This document shows, one piece after another, positions 37,551 through 48,081 of a stretch of DNA of 64,000 nt. The position numbers and the translations under genes are program-made. Positions within the stretch are counted from its first letter, which is position 1. Each line of letters starts with the position of its first letter. A model generated the notes under the pieces. That model had not been told where the DNA came from. It was given only the letters and a program-made list of their open reading frames with translations, and did not search any database. The stretch is from Marsupella aquatica. Lineage: Eukaryota; Plantae; Marchantiophyta. The stretch covers positions 7,489,079 to 7,553,078 of the forward strand of contig OZ316898.1 in the NCBI GenBank assembly GCA_973895155.1, written 5' to 3'.

Positions 37551-38209
37551 TGAAGGAAGACGTCATAGTTCAACAGTATTTGCCTAACCAGGTAATATGT
37601 TCACCCTTCATTTCATGAAATTTCAATTAGTCCACAATTGCTTAATTAGCTTGCATTTTAAGTAAGATGCGTTCTCAAGGCAAGTGGAGATTCCCGGGAA
37701 ACCGCTGATGTTTGTGATGTGGTATATGTTTTTGTGTTTGTGACCCTTTAACGAGCCCTTTAACCATTTGGAACCCAAGGGGTATATAGTCAGGGTTGAA
37801 AGCCCCAAAGTTCTAAACTTGACAAACTCCGCATCATAGATGCCATTATTGTATATGCCACACACACCTATTCCAATAAAGGTTGACCAAGTGGACCAAT
37901 CCTATTGTGACGTGTGTCACATCCATATTACACTACACCTTGAAGAATATTAACTTGGACGATATTTATGTGAGCCCATATTAGTTATAAAGGGTCCGTT
38001 GAATAAAACCATCCTGTTACTTATACTTTCAAGCCAATTATAACAATTAAATCAAATTGGATTTTTGGCACCCTTCATCTGTTTGCACATCCAACCCATT
38101 CTTAATAACACTAGGGGCCAGGGAGATTATCCAAAATGACCATATTTTTGAAAACACATAATTTCAATCGGTTGATAAACATGTTATTCTAGTTGTGATT
38201 ATTGGATTG

Positions 38210-38760
38210 GGTGGGAGAAACTTTGTGATGCCCTTTAGCCATTGGGCAAGCTTTTGAGATGCCTGGGTATGTCAGAATGAGCAAGAGGATGACAGGGCCA
38301 CAATGCGGATATTTGGAGTAGAGGTTGTTTTCAAGTTGGAGAAGACACTTCCCCCCTATATTTTGTTGGCTAGGTTCATTTCCTCATGCACTTTGTGCTC
38401 CAGGTTGCAATCGCAAGCCCCGTACATTATCGATGAATGTATTGGGTAGAGCATTATAAGAGGGGGATGATGTTGTACGCCTCTAATCGGGCTAGGGTGG
38501 AAGGTAGCATTGCAAAGCGTCATCCTGGAGCAAAGAATATGTTTAATTGTATGAACATGGTTGCCACACTAGATCCAAATGCCTCTAGGGGATGGATAGA
38601 TGAGGTGGCACAAGAGGCAGAATTAATACAAGGGTGATAGACTCACTGGGGCATTGGGAGAGAGTCTCTTAGGCTCAACGTAGAGTTTGCAAGTTCTCAC
38701 AATGCCATTTATGTTGTATAACTCACCAGAGATTGTAGGGGAATGGAAAAGATTTTATGA
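38210..38760 (+). pseudogene. Degenerate CACTA transposase fragment (DUF4218)
   Basis: HFLMHFVLQVAIASPVHYR*MYWVEHYKRGM..YASNRARVEGSIA corresponds to the conserved GPVxxRWMYxxERY...EGSIA motif, with a W-to-stop change. Confidence 0.8.
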
Positions 38761-39113
38761 GGAGACAAAGTCTGGCATTTTTGCCTTTTATATGGCTGGT
38801 GGTGGTTTAATTTGATAGGATGACTTTGTTTCATTGAAATTAAAAACAAGTCTAATGATATTGGGCATCCTATACGAATATACACATACTTTTTACAGAA
38901 AAAGGCCAAATAGAGTACAAAAGAATAAACAAGAGAGGTCCCAAGTGGACAAAACCAAACGCAAAAGAAGTGAGCAAATGGAAACCCTAAAAACCAAGAA
39001 AGAGGAACTAAAAGAAGTGAGCAAAAGGAAACCCCTAAAAACCAAGAAAGAGGAACTAAAACTACCGCAAATGGACCGAGGTCCTCATCATACCTAGCAA
39101 ATGTGGCAACAAG

Positions 39114-41330
39114 CTAGTGGTCTACATCAAGTGTCAAAACTAGATCGGCAAGTGGGACAGGAATGTCCTCTAGGGGGGCTAGCCGCTGCGGAGTCACACT
39201 AGCACCCACTGTCAGAGATCGACGATAGACGGCCCGAGCTTGAGCACGCTGTAAGGTGACTGAAATGCGTTGGCGAAAGTGCATGGTCAAAATAGATAGC
39301 GGGGGCCCGGTGGGACCCATCCGACCGTGAACATCCCGAGCAGCTTGGCAAAGAAGCCCGTCGAACTGATGATGGAGACGCCCAAATATCTCAAGAGCAA
39401 GGGGCAGGAAGCTATCAGATGAAGCTCGTGCAACATATTTGGCCTCCTTCGTTGTTGCTGCTCGTGATGCTGCTGCCCCTGCCGTTGTTGCCGCTGTCCC
39501 AATGATGCCTTGGCGCAATGGGTTTGCCACCACTACATCTGCCAAAGTACGGTGACCTTCACGGACCATGGTAAGATCCACCCGTAACTGCTGTGATGGA
39601 GGACCAGGTAACTCGAGCACCACCTCCCGCCGCGCGCAGACCAAAGAGCCAGAGAGAACCTGAGTAGTCGCATCTCTCACAGCATCGTGAACAAAAATGG
39701 TTTCGCCGCCCAAACTGCATCGAAGAAGATGGACACCTGTGGCATCACAAGGCTTCCCACAAGTGCAAGTAGGAGGTAAACCAGCAAGAAGTGGGTGGGG
39801 CAAGCCCATACGAAGACGCATGGCTGTCGCAAACTCCGCTGAAGACATCCGCAGGTGAGGAATGATTGGATTGGCCTGAAGCCAGCCTCCTGCGCCCTTC
39901 CCTCCAGAAGAAAGAATCCGAGCTCGGTCCGTGTCAGGTGCCTCGGTGAGGATGCTGGAAAGGGTGAAAGCGTGCATACGCCCAACAAGGTCTGCCTGAA
40001 GACGGACGGGGTCCAAGGATAAAAACTCCTGGAATGAAGGTAACACAGCTCGAACAGGATTGGGTAATGATGACCGCGCCGTGCGCAAATGAACCTGAAA
40101 TGGGAGGGAACCCTCCTCGACCTCCATGAGAGACGAAAGTAAAAAAGGTCGATCCTCAGTAAGGAAACGATCTGCCAACAATGAGAAGGCGGCCGCCCAC
40201 GCACCCAAGAAGGCCAAAGGTGCAAGGCGCTCAGTGGAAGTAAGCCCAAAACCACCGTGAGAAATAGGAAGATTGAGCTGTCGATGAAGCCACGGAGATG
40301 AGAGTAAAGTACTTGGCCCTAAAAGAGAGGCCAAAGTCTCACGAATGGAGACATCAAATGCTCGGAGGTGTAGATAAAGATCCTCGGTAGGGGGATGTGT
40401 CCGAGCCAAATAGGACGCACGAGGGTGGATGCATCTCAACAACAACCCAAATGCTGCCTGAGAGTCTGCTAACTTAGGGAGCATAGGAGTAGGGGCTAAG
40501 GCATCCTGGAGAGCGTCAGCAATGAAAGATGAGCAAAAGGAGGTGGTACCGACTGGGGAGCCAAGGACCCGAAGACCGTTGGCTGGACGTAAGAACCCAG
40601 GGGGAAGCGCAAGATCAGAGGGTAACCCAGTTGGACTCCATGCATGACTCTTCACCGGCTGAACTCGTAAACAGAGGCCCAACAAATGGGTGGAAAAGGT
40701 GGTGAGGGCAGAAGTAACAACAACAGGTGGACCAATGATGTGGGTGTCATCTGAAAGGGAGGGGAAGATACACTGGGGGTGGGCCGCGGAGGCTTCCCGT
40801 AAAGCAGTAAAATGGGCAATGGCAAAAAGAGGCCCACCCAAAGGGTCACCCTGACGTGTACCTTCTGCAGAAGAAAGAGTGGTATACACTCTTGTAGAGG
40901 TGTGATGACTATAAAAGAGGGGGGCCTCGAACCCATAAAAACAACGGACAAAGGGGATAAGGGACTGGATGTCTGGATCCGCTGCCCTCAAAGCACGAAA
41001 AATTGCTGCCCGAGAAACCGTATTGAAAGCATTGGAGACATCAACCTGGAGGACAACCCAATAAGGGTGGAGGTCCAAGGTAGTACGAATACCCGCAATA
41101 ACTGTCTCACAACCGCCAGGAACGCCCACTACAAACTGATGTGGAGAGAGATGATCCGATAGTGCAGAGCGATACTGCGATGAAAGTGTGCGAGACACCA
41201 GACAAAGAAAAACCTCTCCAATAGCTATGGGCCGAACACCCGGTGAAGACTTAGCCATGGCCAATAAACGAGAAGCACTCAAAAGCCGAGAGACGGGAGG
41301 AGGCAAACACCGGCAGCAATACACTGGCAA
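39114..41330 (-). CDS. Reverse transcriptase and RLE endonuclease portion of the CRE-like element
   Basis: RT: GVRPIAIGE, QVDVSNAFNTVSR, EGTRQGDPLGGPLFAIA, FPSLSDDTHIIG, GLRVLGSPVG, LPISHGGFGL. Zinc knuckle CTCG..CD..GVHLLRC. RLE: HDAVRD, RVDL..LADVVV, KEAKY, FLPLALEIFGRL. Confidence 0.92.
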   Translation of the reverse strand: MPVYCCRCLPPPVSRLLSASRLLAMAKSSPGVRPIAIGEVFLCLVSRTLSSQYRSALSDHLSPHQFVVGVPGGCETVIAGIRTTLDLHPYWVVLQVDVSNAFNTVSRAAIFRALRAADPDIQSLIPFVRCFYGFEAPLFYSHHTSTRVYTTLSSAEGTRQGDPLGGPLFAIAHFTALREASAAHPQCIFPSLSDDTHIIGPPVVVTSALTTFSTHLLGLCLRVQPVKSHAWSPTGLPSDLALPPGFLRPANGLRVLGSPVGTTSFCSSFIADALQDALAPTPMLPKLADSQAAFGLLLRCIHPRASYLARTHPPTEDLYLHLRAFDVSIRETLASLLGPSTLLSSPWLHRQLNLPISHGGFGLTSTERLAPLAFLGAWAAAFSLLADRFLTEDRPFLLSSLMEVEEGSLPFQVHLRTARSSLPNPVRAVLPSFQEFLSLDPVRLQADLVGRMHAFTLSSILTEAPDTDRARILSSGGKGAGGWLQANPIIPHLRMSSAEFATAMRLRMGLPHPLLAGLPPTCTCGKPCDATGVHLLRCSLGGETIFVHDAVRDATTQVLSGSLVCARREVVLELPGPPSQQLRVDLTMVREGHRTLADVVVANPLRQGIIGTAATTAGAAASRAATTKEAKYVARASSDSFLPLALEIFGRLHHQFDGLLCQAARDVHGRMGPTGPPLSILTMHFRQRISVTLQRAQARAVYRRSLTVGASVTPQRLAPLEDIPVPLADLVLTLDVDH

Positions 41331-42143
41331 AAGGAGAAGAAAACTGGAAAACCAGACTGAGGATCCTCAGGGGGGAATAAATCACGAAAATGCTCAAAGA
41401 CATAGCCAGAGGGGCCACCAGCCGCGCAACGCGGAGCATGGAGGAAAGCATAGGTGAAGTGGTCCCTACTAAACTGAAGATCCTCCTCAGGCTCAAAATC
41501 CTCCACGAACAAAGGGAGCTGATCATAGGGCTGCGGATGGAGATCCTGAAGGGCCGTCAAGGTGACCTCGCCAGGGGGGCTGGTGTGGTGGGAGAAAGGG
41601 CCTGGACCGCATGATGATATTCACCAGCCTGGGCTAAACGACAAGAGCGACGAAGGCGTCTGTGCTCTGGAGGATGAGAGTGGCGAGTTGGGTCAGACAA
41701 AGCACGGGTAGTAAAGGAACGGGCTCGAAGAAAGTACTCTTCCTGAAGCTGTGCCCAATCTCCCCGCAGAAAACGATGGATACGAGAGGCAGTCTCACGA
41801 TGACCCACGCGACCACCGTGACTAGGGAGGGTAAGAGTCCACTGTGGAAAAAGCATGAGTAAAGACCAATAGGAGACCTCGATAGGATGCGTCAAGATAA
41901 GCTGCATGAGTTGCAACAAGGATGACCGAACTAATGGGCGCAACGCTAGTGGGATGTGGTTATAAAGGCAAGGTCTAATGTACCCTGGATGGTAGGCTGG
42001 AAGGGGGTCTAGAGAGCGAACCCAACTCCATGCCTGCTCGGAAGCCTCCAAGGAAGGAGGGACAAAGCTAACTGGGTCAAGAGGGGGCTGGGGCTGGGAT
42101 TGTGCTTGCTGGCGACGTTGGCACCGGCCCCGCCCGCGGTGAT

Positions 42144-42471
42144 CTCGGGGGGGTCACTATATGGAGGGTCATACATCGCGTGCGACGTTTTAGGGTTTGA
42201 CCCCCCTAACTTTAAAGTGAAAAATATTTTTTTGCAAAGCCCTTTCTTTCTTAAAATTTTGTCATTTTTTATTAAAAAACCCCTAAAAACTTTATAGAAA
42301 GTATTTTTTGCAATTAAATAGGCCTATGTGTTCTTTAAAGTCGACCAATCAATAAAACATGCCCTATGTGTTCTTCCACCAAACTTTGGAAGTCTTCCGC
42401 CACACCCATTTAAATGGGCCTATACTTCGTCGCACGTGATGTGTCACTTCCGTGGAAGTGACCCCCCCGAG
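42144..42471. mobile_element. MITE (328 bp) with a perfect 15-bp TIR and 8-bp TSD GCGGTGAT, inserted in the CRE-like ORF
   Basis: CTCGGGGGGGTCACT ... AGTGACCCCCCCGAG; TSD at 42136-42143 and 42472-42479. Confidence 0.92.
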
Positions 42472-44168
42472 GCGGTGATGAGGAAGGGAGAGGCCAACCC
42501 AGCCACACTCAGGACAAGTATGCAGGGGACGCTCGTCTGGGGAGGGAGTAGGGAACGACTGGACAGGAGGTGGGGGGGAACCGACGTGGATGAAGAGGCC
42601 GGAGGGGGATGCTCGAGGGGTGAAGGGGGAATGGGGTGGGGAGAGGAGCCAGGGCGTCGATGGGGTGGGCAGTAGACTGGGGGGACTGGCAGAACATCGG
42701 GCATGGGGTCATCACGAAGATGAGAGAGATCCAATGAAGAAGAGCAAACACGAAGGCGACCACGAGGCGGGGGGGAGGAGGGGGGAGAACTGTGTGGGGG
42801 GGCTGGGCGCTTGCCCCGCGCCAACACTCTCAACGTAGACATGACAAGTCGCAACCCGATAAAAGCAAAAGCGCATCAAGAAGCGACAAAAGGCCCAACC
42901 AAGACATGTGAAAAGAAAGGGAAGGCTATGGAGAGAGCCCACCGCGTCAAAATCTGAGAAACGGCGCCACTGCTAGCCTAGAAAACCGTTGAGCACGTGC
43001 AGGCACAGCCGGGAACAAAGCTGGAGCACTCGTCGATGTGTCCGTTGAGGAGACGATGCGAGTGAATATCTCTCCGCTGATGTGAGCGTGCTGCTACAGC
43101 TCCCAAAGATGGTGGAATGCAAACTGGTCCACTAAACTTGGCAAAAGCCACCTTGTCAGAACTGAAGAAGAAAGGCAACCACCAATCGGAGGAGAAACGT
43201 GGCAAGACCGGAATGCTCCAAAGCTGATCAAGGGAAACCGTCACCAAAAATGGAGGAGTAAATCAGAATCATAATCGGAGCCGAAAGTGGTTGATATGTC
43301 ACCGAAAGGACCGCGATAGGGATAGATGTTGCACTCCCGGACAAGAGCTGGCCAAATCACATGAGAATGCCGGATTCCGTGAACGAGGAACTGCTACAGG
43401 ACCCCAAAGCTAATTGAAAGTGAGAACGGTGGAAATTGAAGGAAAAATGGGAGAGCTAATCAAAGTCAAATCGGGGCAATAGGAGACCAATTGGACCGCT
43501 CTTGGGATCAATCTGATTTTCCCGGAGAAGAGCTATACAAAGCACTTGAGAAATCTGAAATCCGTGAAAGATTGACCGAGATATGACCGTCGAAAGGAAG
43601 ACGAAAATCGCAGAAAAACGACTGAAAAACGGCGAAAATGAATGTGACCATAAGTATGTCGATACGGCACCGTTTTGGACGTGTTTTTCTTTTGATCTTT
43701 TTTGTTTCTAATGGTTATCTTATAGTTTCTAATCCCTACAAGACAAGGCAAGATGGGGACGGAACTAGACTTTGCCCTGTATGGAATAAAGGTCACCATT
43801 GTGTAAGCATTTTTGGAGGCCCCTGCAACTTCTGTAGTCTCCTGCTTGGAAAGTCATGATTGCTAACTTTTCCCCGCACCATAATTATGTACTGTAATGA
43901 CTGGCTGAACCCTGCTTTGACAATGCTCAGAAAAACTTCCAAGTATCTCCAATCAGCATTTTTATACTTTTTGGTCACAAGATTTGTCAAAGCAATGCCA
44001 CAAAAAAAATCTTATGGCGATCACACTTTTGGACTTACCAGCCTTGATTACCTGTACGTTGAACAGAAAGAGAGAGGTGAGGACAAGAAAGTACCTTGCA
44101 CAAAAAAGATTCCTGGCTGTTTCATTTCATATTTAATTCTCTGGGTTTTTCTGTGCTTTGTAGGAGTA

Positions 44169-44286
44169 GAGTCATGGTCTAGAGAATCCACTCTAGAGGG
44201 TTTAGGGTTTAGGGTTGGGTTCAAGCGCCAACTACAAGCTAAAGTTGGGGCCTAGGCTTCTAGAGTGAAGTCTCTAGACATAACTC
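44169..44286. repeat. Short inverted-repeat element enclosing telomere repeats
   Basis: Arms GAGTCATGGTCTAGAGAATCCACTCTAGA / TCTAGAGTGAAGTCTCTAGACATAACTC flank GGGTTTAGGGTTTAGGGTT. Confidence 0.6.
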
Positions 44287-45158
44287 CATGGCTTATCATG
44301 TGGATGGTAAAACTCATGACCATGATATATGTCAAATGACAAGCATGTATGCTTTTTGTCATGATTTTTATTTACATTAAAAAATGTGCCTTATAACCAT
44401 CATAACATATGTGCATAGAAAGCGGGACGTGCATAAAAAAGAGTATGGTATGTTGTATATGATTATTAAAATGATTACATGCATGATGGTTTTTTTTTAT
44501 CATTTCATTAAATTTCAAAGAATGTGAATAAGTAATATATTTTGGTGACATTTTTTATTGTACTCTCCACTATTCTCGTTCAAAGAAAAGGTAGTTCAAA
44601 GAAGGGGTAATTGGTGCTAGTTATCAATAAGATGAACCTTAGGGGCAGTATTTAGGTAGCCCATAAAAGCCCATAATTTACTTCCAAATTTACATGACAA
44701 TTTGTTTTATGTCCTTGCCTTACCTCACTGCCCCCTCCTTACTGTAGTGACCCTGTGCCCGTCATTGTTTACAACTATAATAAGTGATTCCTCCTTTTTT
44801 CTTTCTTGGTCCCAATATAAAAAAGCTCTTGGACTGAAAAGATGCACAGCATTGGATTAGATTGAGTTTGGATTAGATTGAGTGTTTTTTCTGATCATTG
44901 ATAGATAAAATGGGTAACCCTGACGCATAGGTGCTTCCACACCCCATAAATACCATGACCCAACTCCCTATGGGCCCTCACTTGCATAGGGCTCGTCCTT
45001 TATGTTGGGCCAGGGGGCTCGTCCTTTATGTTGGGCCAGGACTGAGGGCGCCGGGCTTTAGAGCAAGGCCTCCAAAGGACAAAGAAGACAAGGGCTGTGT
45101 ACCCATCGTCCGCCCTTCGCTTCGCTTGTGCTTTGGTGGAAGGAAGTGGCAGAAAGCT

Positions 45159-47028
45159 ATGGCGGACAAGCTCATGGCAAGCTGCACGAGGAGCTGCATC
45201 TCCAGCACCGTGAGCCTGCCCTCGCAGACAACCATCCCACGCCCACTTCGGTATCATCATCAGCACCGTTCTTCTTCCTCTTCCTCGGTGGCCTCGTGCT
45301 CCTCCTCCTCCTCTGCTCCTTCGTGCACAGCTCGGCTTCTGCGGGCGCCTGCAATCTTCTTCCCCCGAGCAGCATCTGGGCAGACAGCAAGAATCATCTG
45401 CCTCTTTGGTGGAGAAAAGCGGGTACGATTTCCCCACCGCCCCTCCCCCCTTTTTCACAATTCCACTCTTCTGTCTCTTTTTCCTCTTCATTATTTTATG
45501 TGGATGGGTTTTAGATTTCTCTCTGAAGTCCAAATGCAAATCCTATTTGGACGGAGCAATTTTTGGCTCAAGTACAAATCTGTGAACCAACGAGGAAGAA
45601 GGGTTCGGAAAATCGACTCTGCTAGTGTCTGGTGAATGAGATTATCAATGAATAGTCAGATCCGGATTCCTAAACTGATTTTCAGCTCAATTACAACCAC
45701 TGACGAGGTTCTTAGAATCGAGTTTCTATGAACTTTGGGGTGGTGTCATCTCCTGGAGAATGAGATTGTGAATGGATGGTGAGTTCGGTCCCCAAAGTTC
45801 CGGAAGAATGCATCTCAAAGAGCATGTATCTGGTGCGTCCAAATTTGCCATCTGCGGCGGGCATTAATTAATCCATGGATCACAGGATGCTGCTCGCAAA
45901 GCATTGGAGTCCGCGCTAGGTGAAAAGAAGGAAGTGTACACAAAATGGGACGAGGAGATAAAGAAGCGGGAAGCAAGTGGCGGAGGAGGTCCTCCCAAAG
46001 GCAGGGGAAGAGGTTGGGGTAGCGGCGGCGGCGGTGGTGGTGGTGACAAGGGCGGAGGAGATAACTTGTCTGAGGGCAGCGAAGGCGGGTTCCAATCTGG
46101 CGAAGCACTTCAGGTTGTCTACGCATTCGCTGGATTGACTGGCCTAGTAAGTCACGATCTCTACCCTCGGTACCCTCTTCTGTGTTCGTCATGGATGATG
46201 CCCACTGATTCATAAAAATCCAAAGGGCCACAGTAGAGAGTCTGGTCTAATCAATCTACGTTCCGCACATGACCCGAACCCTTAAACCCCTTGGCTGAGC
46301 TGGACCATCAGAAAGGACTGGATCAGCACATCGAGGAAACAAACGAGTGAAATCTTGCTGAAGCTAAAATAGATATCAGTGGACATTTTTGGACATGATT
46401 GTAAGATAAGCAAGGCAATTGGAGTTAGGGAGACCTCGAAGCCAACTAATTTCTAGCTGACAGGTTTCTAGAGACCAGGGGACAAATATCAGGGATGCTA
46501 AATGCCACCTCAAGCACGCAAAGACGGGGATGGAATGTGCTGTAGAGCTTCTGTGGGAGATTTTGTGGACAAGACCGAGAATGAGTAATTGCATTAGAAC
46601 ATTCATGGGGCATCCCAGGGGCATATATCAGTTTGTATAGAGCGAAAATCGAACAACGAGGCGAAGGCTAAGTTTAGAGCACGTCGTACTGTACGTTACC
46701 GAGGGTTTAGTGTTGACAACTTCTGATATCAACAGGGAGTAGAGACTTTCTCGTCCTACTAATCTCTTTGTGGAGTCGTAGTGAATCTGTTGTATTCTAA
46801 CTACTGCCATCCTTCCCTCGCCCGATGGGCTCATGCTGATATGTGTCTCCTTTGCAGTATCTTGTGCTCACCCAGGGCAGTAGGATCTTGGCGCTTGTCT
46901 TGAATGGTTTTCTTTTCGTCTCCCGTGGGTTTAAACCTCGCCCAAGACCCAGATATGCACCTGTTGACAATCAGGTACCTGGAGGTGCCGAAGCCCACGT
47001 TAGGAACAAGTGGGGATCTGATGATTAA
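45159..47028 (+). CDS. Conserved plastid-targeted Gly-rich membrane protein of unknown function; exons 45159-45422, 45886-46146, 46858-47028
   Basis: Ser-rich transit-peptide-like N-terminus, CLFGG, DAARKALESALG.KK....KWDEEIKKRE, Gly-rich linker, hydrophobic segments and C-terminal V..KWGSD. GT-AG introns are in phase. Confidence 0.82.
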
Positions 47029-48081
47029 AACTGGGCAGCGTAAGTCAGCCGAGGCATGGGGTGGCCCTTCGGTGTCAATAGTTCATATTGGATCGGTACC
47101 TATCATACATTCAACAAGGGATACCTTACACGTATCGGGCATATCTGACCAATGTCCCAGAAGTAGTATTGGATAGAATCTGTTCCTTTTACGTGCAATT
47201 GCAGGCTTCCAAACTCGAGGTTGGTCTGGCTACAAGTTTTGTAGATTTAGGTGGAAGTTACGTGTGAGGGGCCATCAGCATTGAATCCGACCATTGTATT
47301 CTGTGAACCAAGAGTAATATTAGGCCTCCAACTTGTGGAGATTTCTGTCTCATTTCCCTACTACTGTGTCTCAACGGTACTGAATGCGTAGTGTAAACTC
47401 GTTTTGACTAACTGTTTTGACTCCATATAATCGTGCGGTCCCCAAACGGCTTCTTCCCGCTGAGGAAAAACTCTGCCAAGTACTACAACTTCTTCCCCTT
47501 ATCGGTTTCTTCGTTTAACCTTCCACAGGATCCGATGAGGCCCCATTATATCTTAGCGACATTTATTCATGACACATTCAATCAAGATCAAACATCTAGC
47601 TGGCCAAGTATTACTTGGAACGAAAGAATGAATGTTATCAGAGGGACATGTCTGATAGCATACACTCATATGTCCTTTGGCTGAGACATCTTTCCAGAGA
47701 GTCGTATTACAACAGCTAGTTCTCGGGCCAAAATTGGATGACATCTCAACTGGTATATCTGAATAATATCTGGATGAACATTTACTAATGGACAAGTTGG
47801 GTCACGAAAATCTCCCGACCTCGTCATTTTTCATCTTCCAATTTCGTAGAGCAACATTTTGTCCCACGACCCCACCAAATTCCACTTTTTTGGAACACTG
47901 GCTTGTCAATCGATGGGACCACGACAGTATCAGCATCTAACCCTATCCTTTTCCATCTAGGGAATTTGCGGAGCATTCTCAACACCCACATTCTCACCCC
48001 TTGCACTCCTGGCACAATTCTTCCGGAGCACAACAATTTCAACTCAGGAAGCCTAAAGGATGCTGCCAACATGAATTTCAC

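Larger units (their letters stand above)
38890..43640 (-). mobile_element. CRE-like non-LTR retrotransposon (RT plus C-terminal restriction-like endonuclease), disrupted by frameshifts, stops and a MITE; 5' end approximate
   Basis: Coding fragments span about 43250-39114. A T-rich 3' UTR with a 47-bp direct repeat ends in a short A-run at 38894-38890 on the minus strand. Confidence 0.8.

Noticed and set aside
43770-44110. Possible gene fragment with splice-like signals
   Set aside because: Could not be assembled into a frame or matched to any family I recognise.
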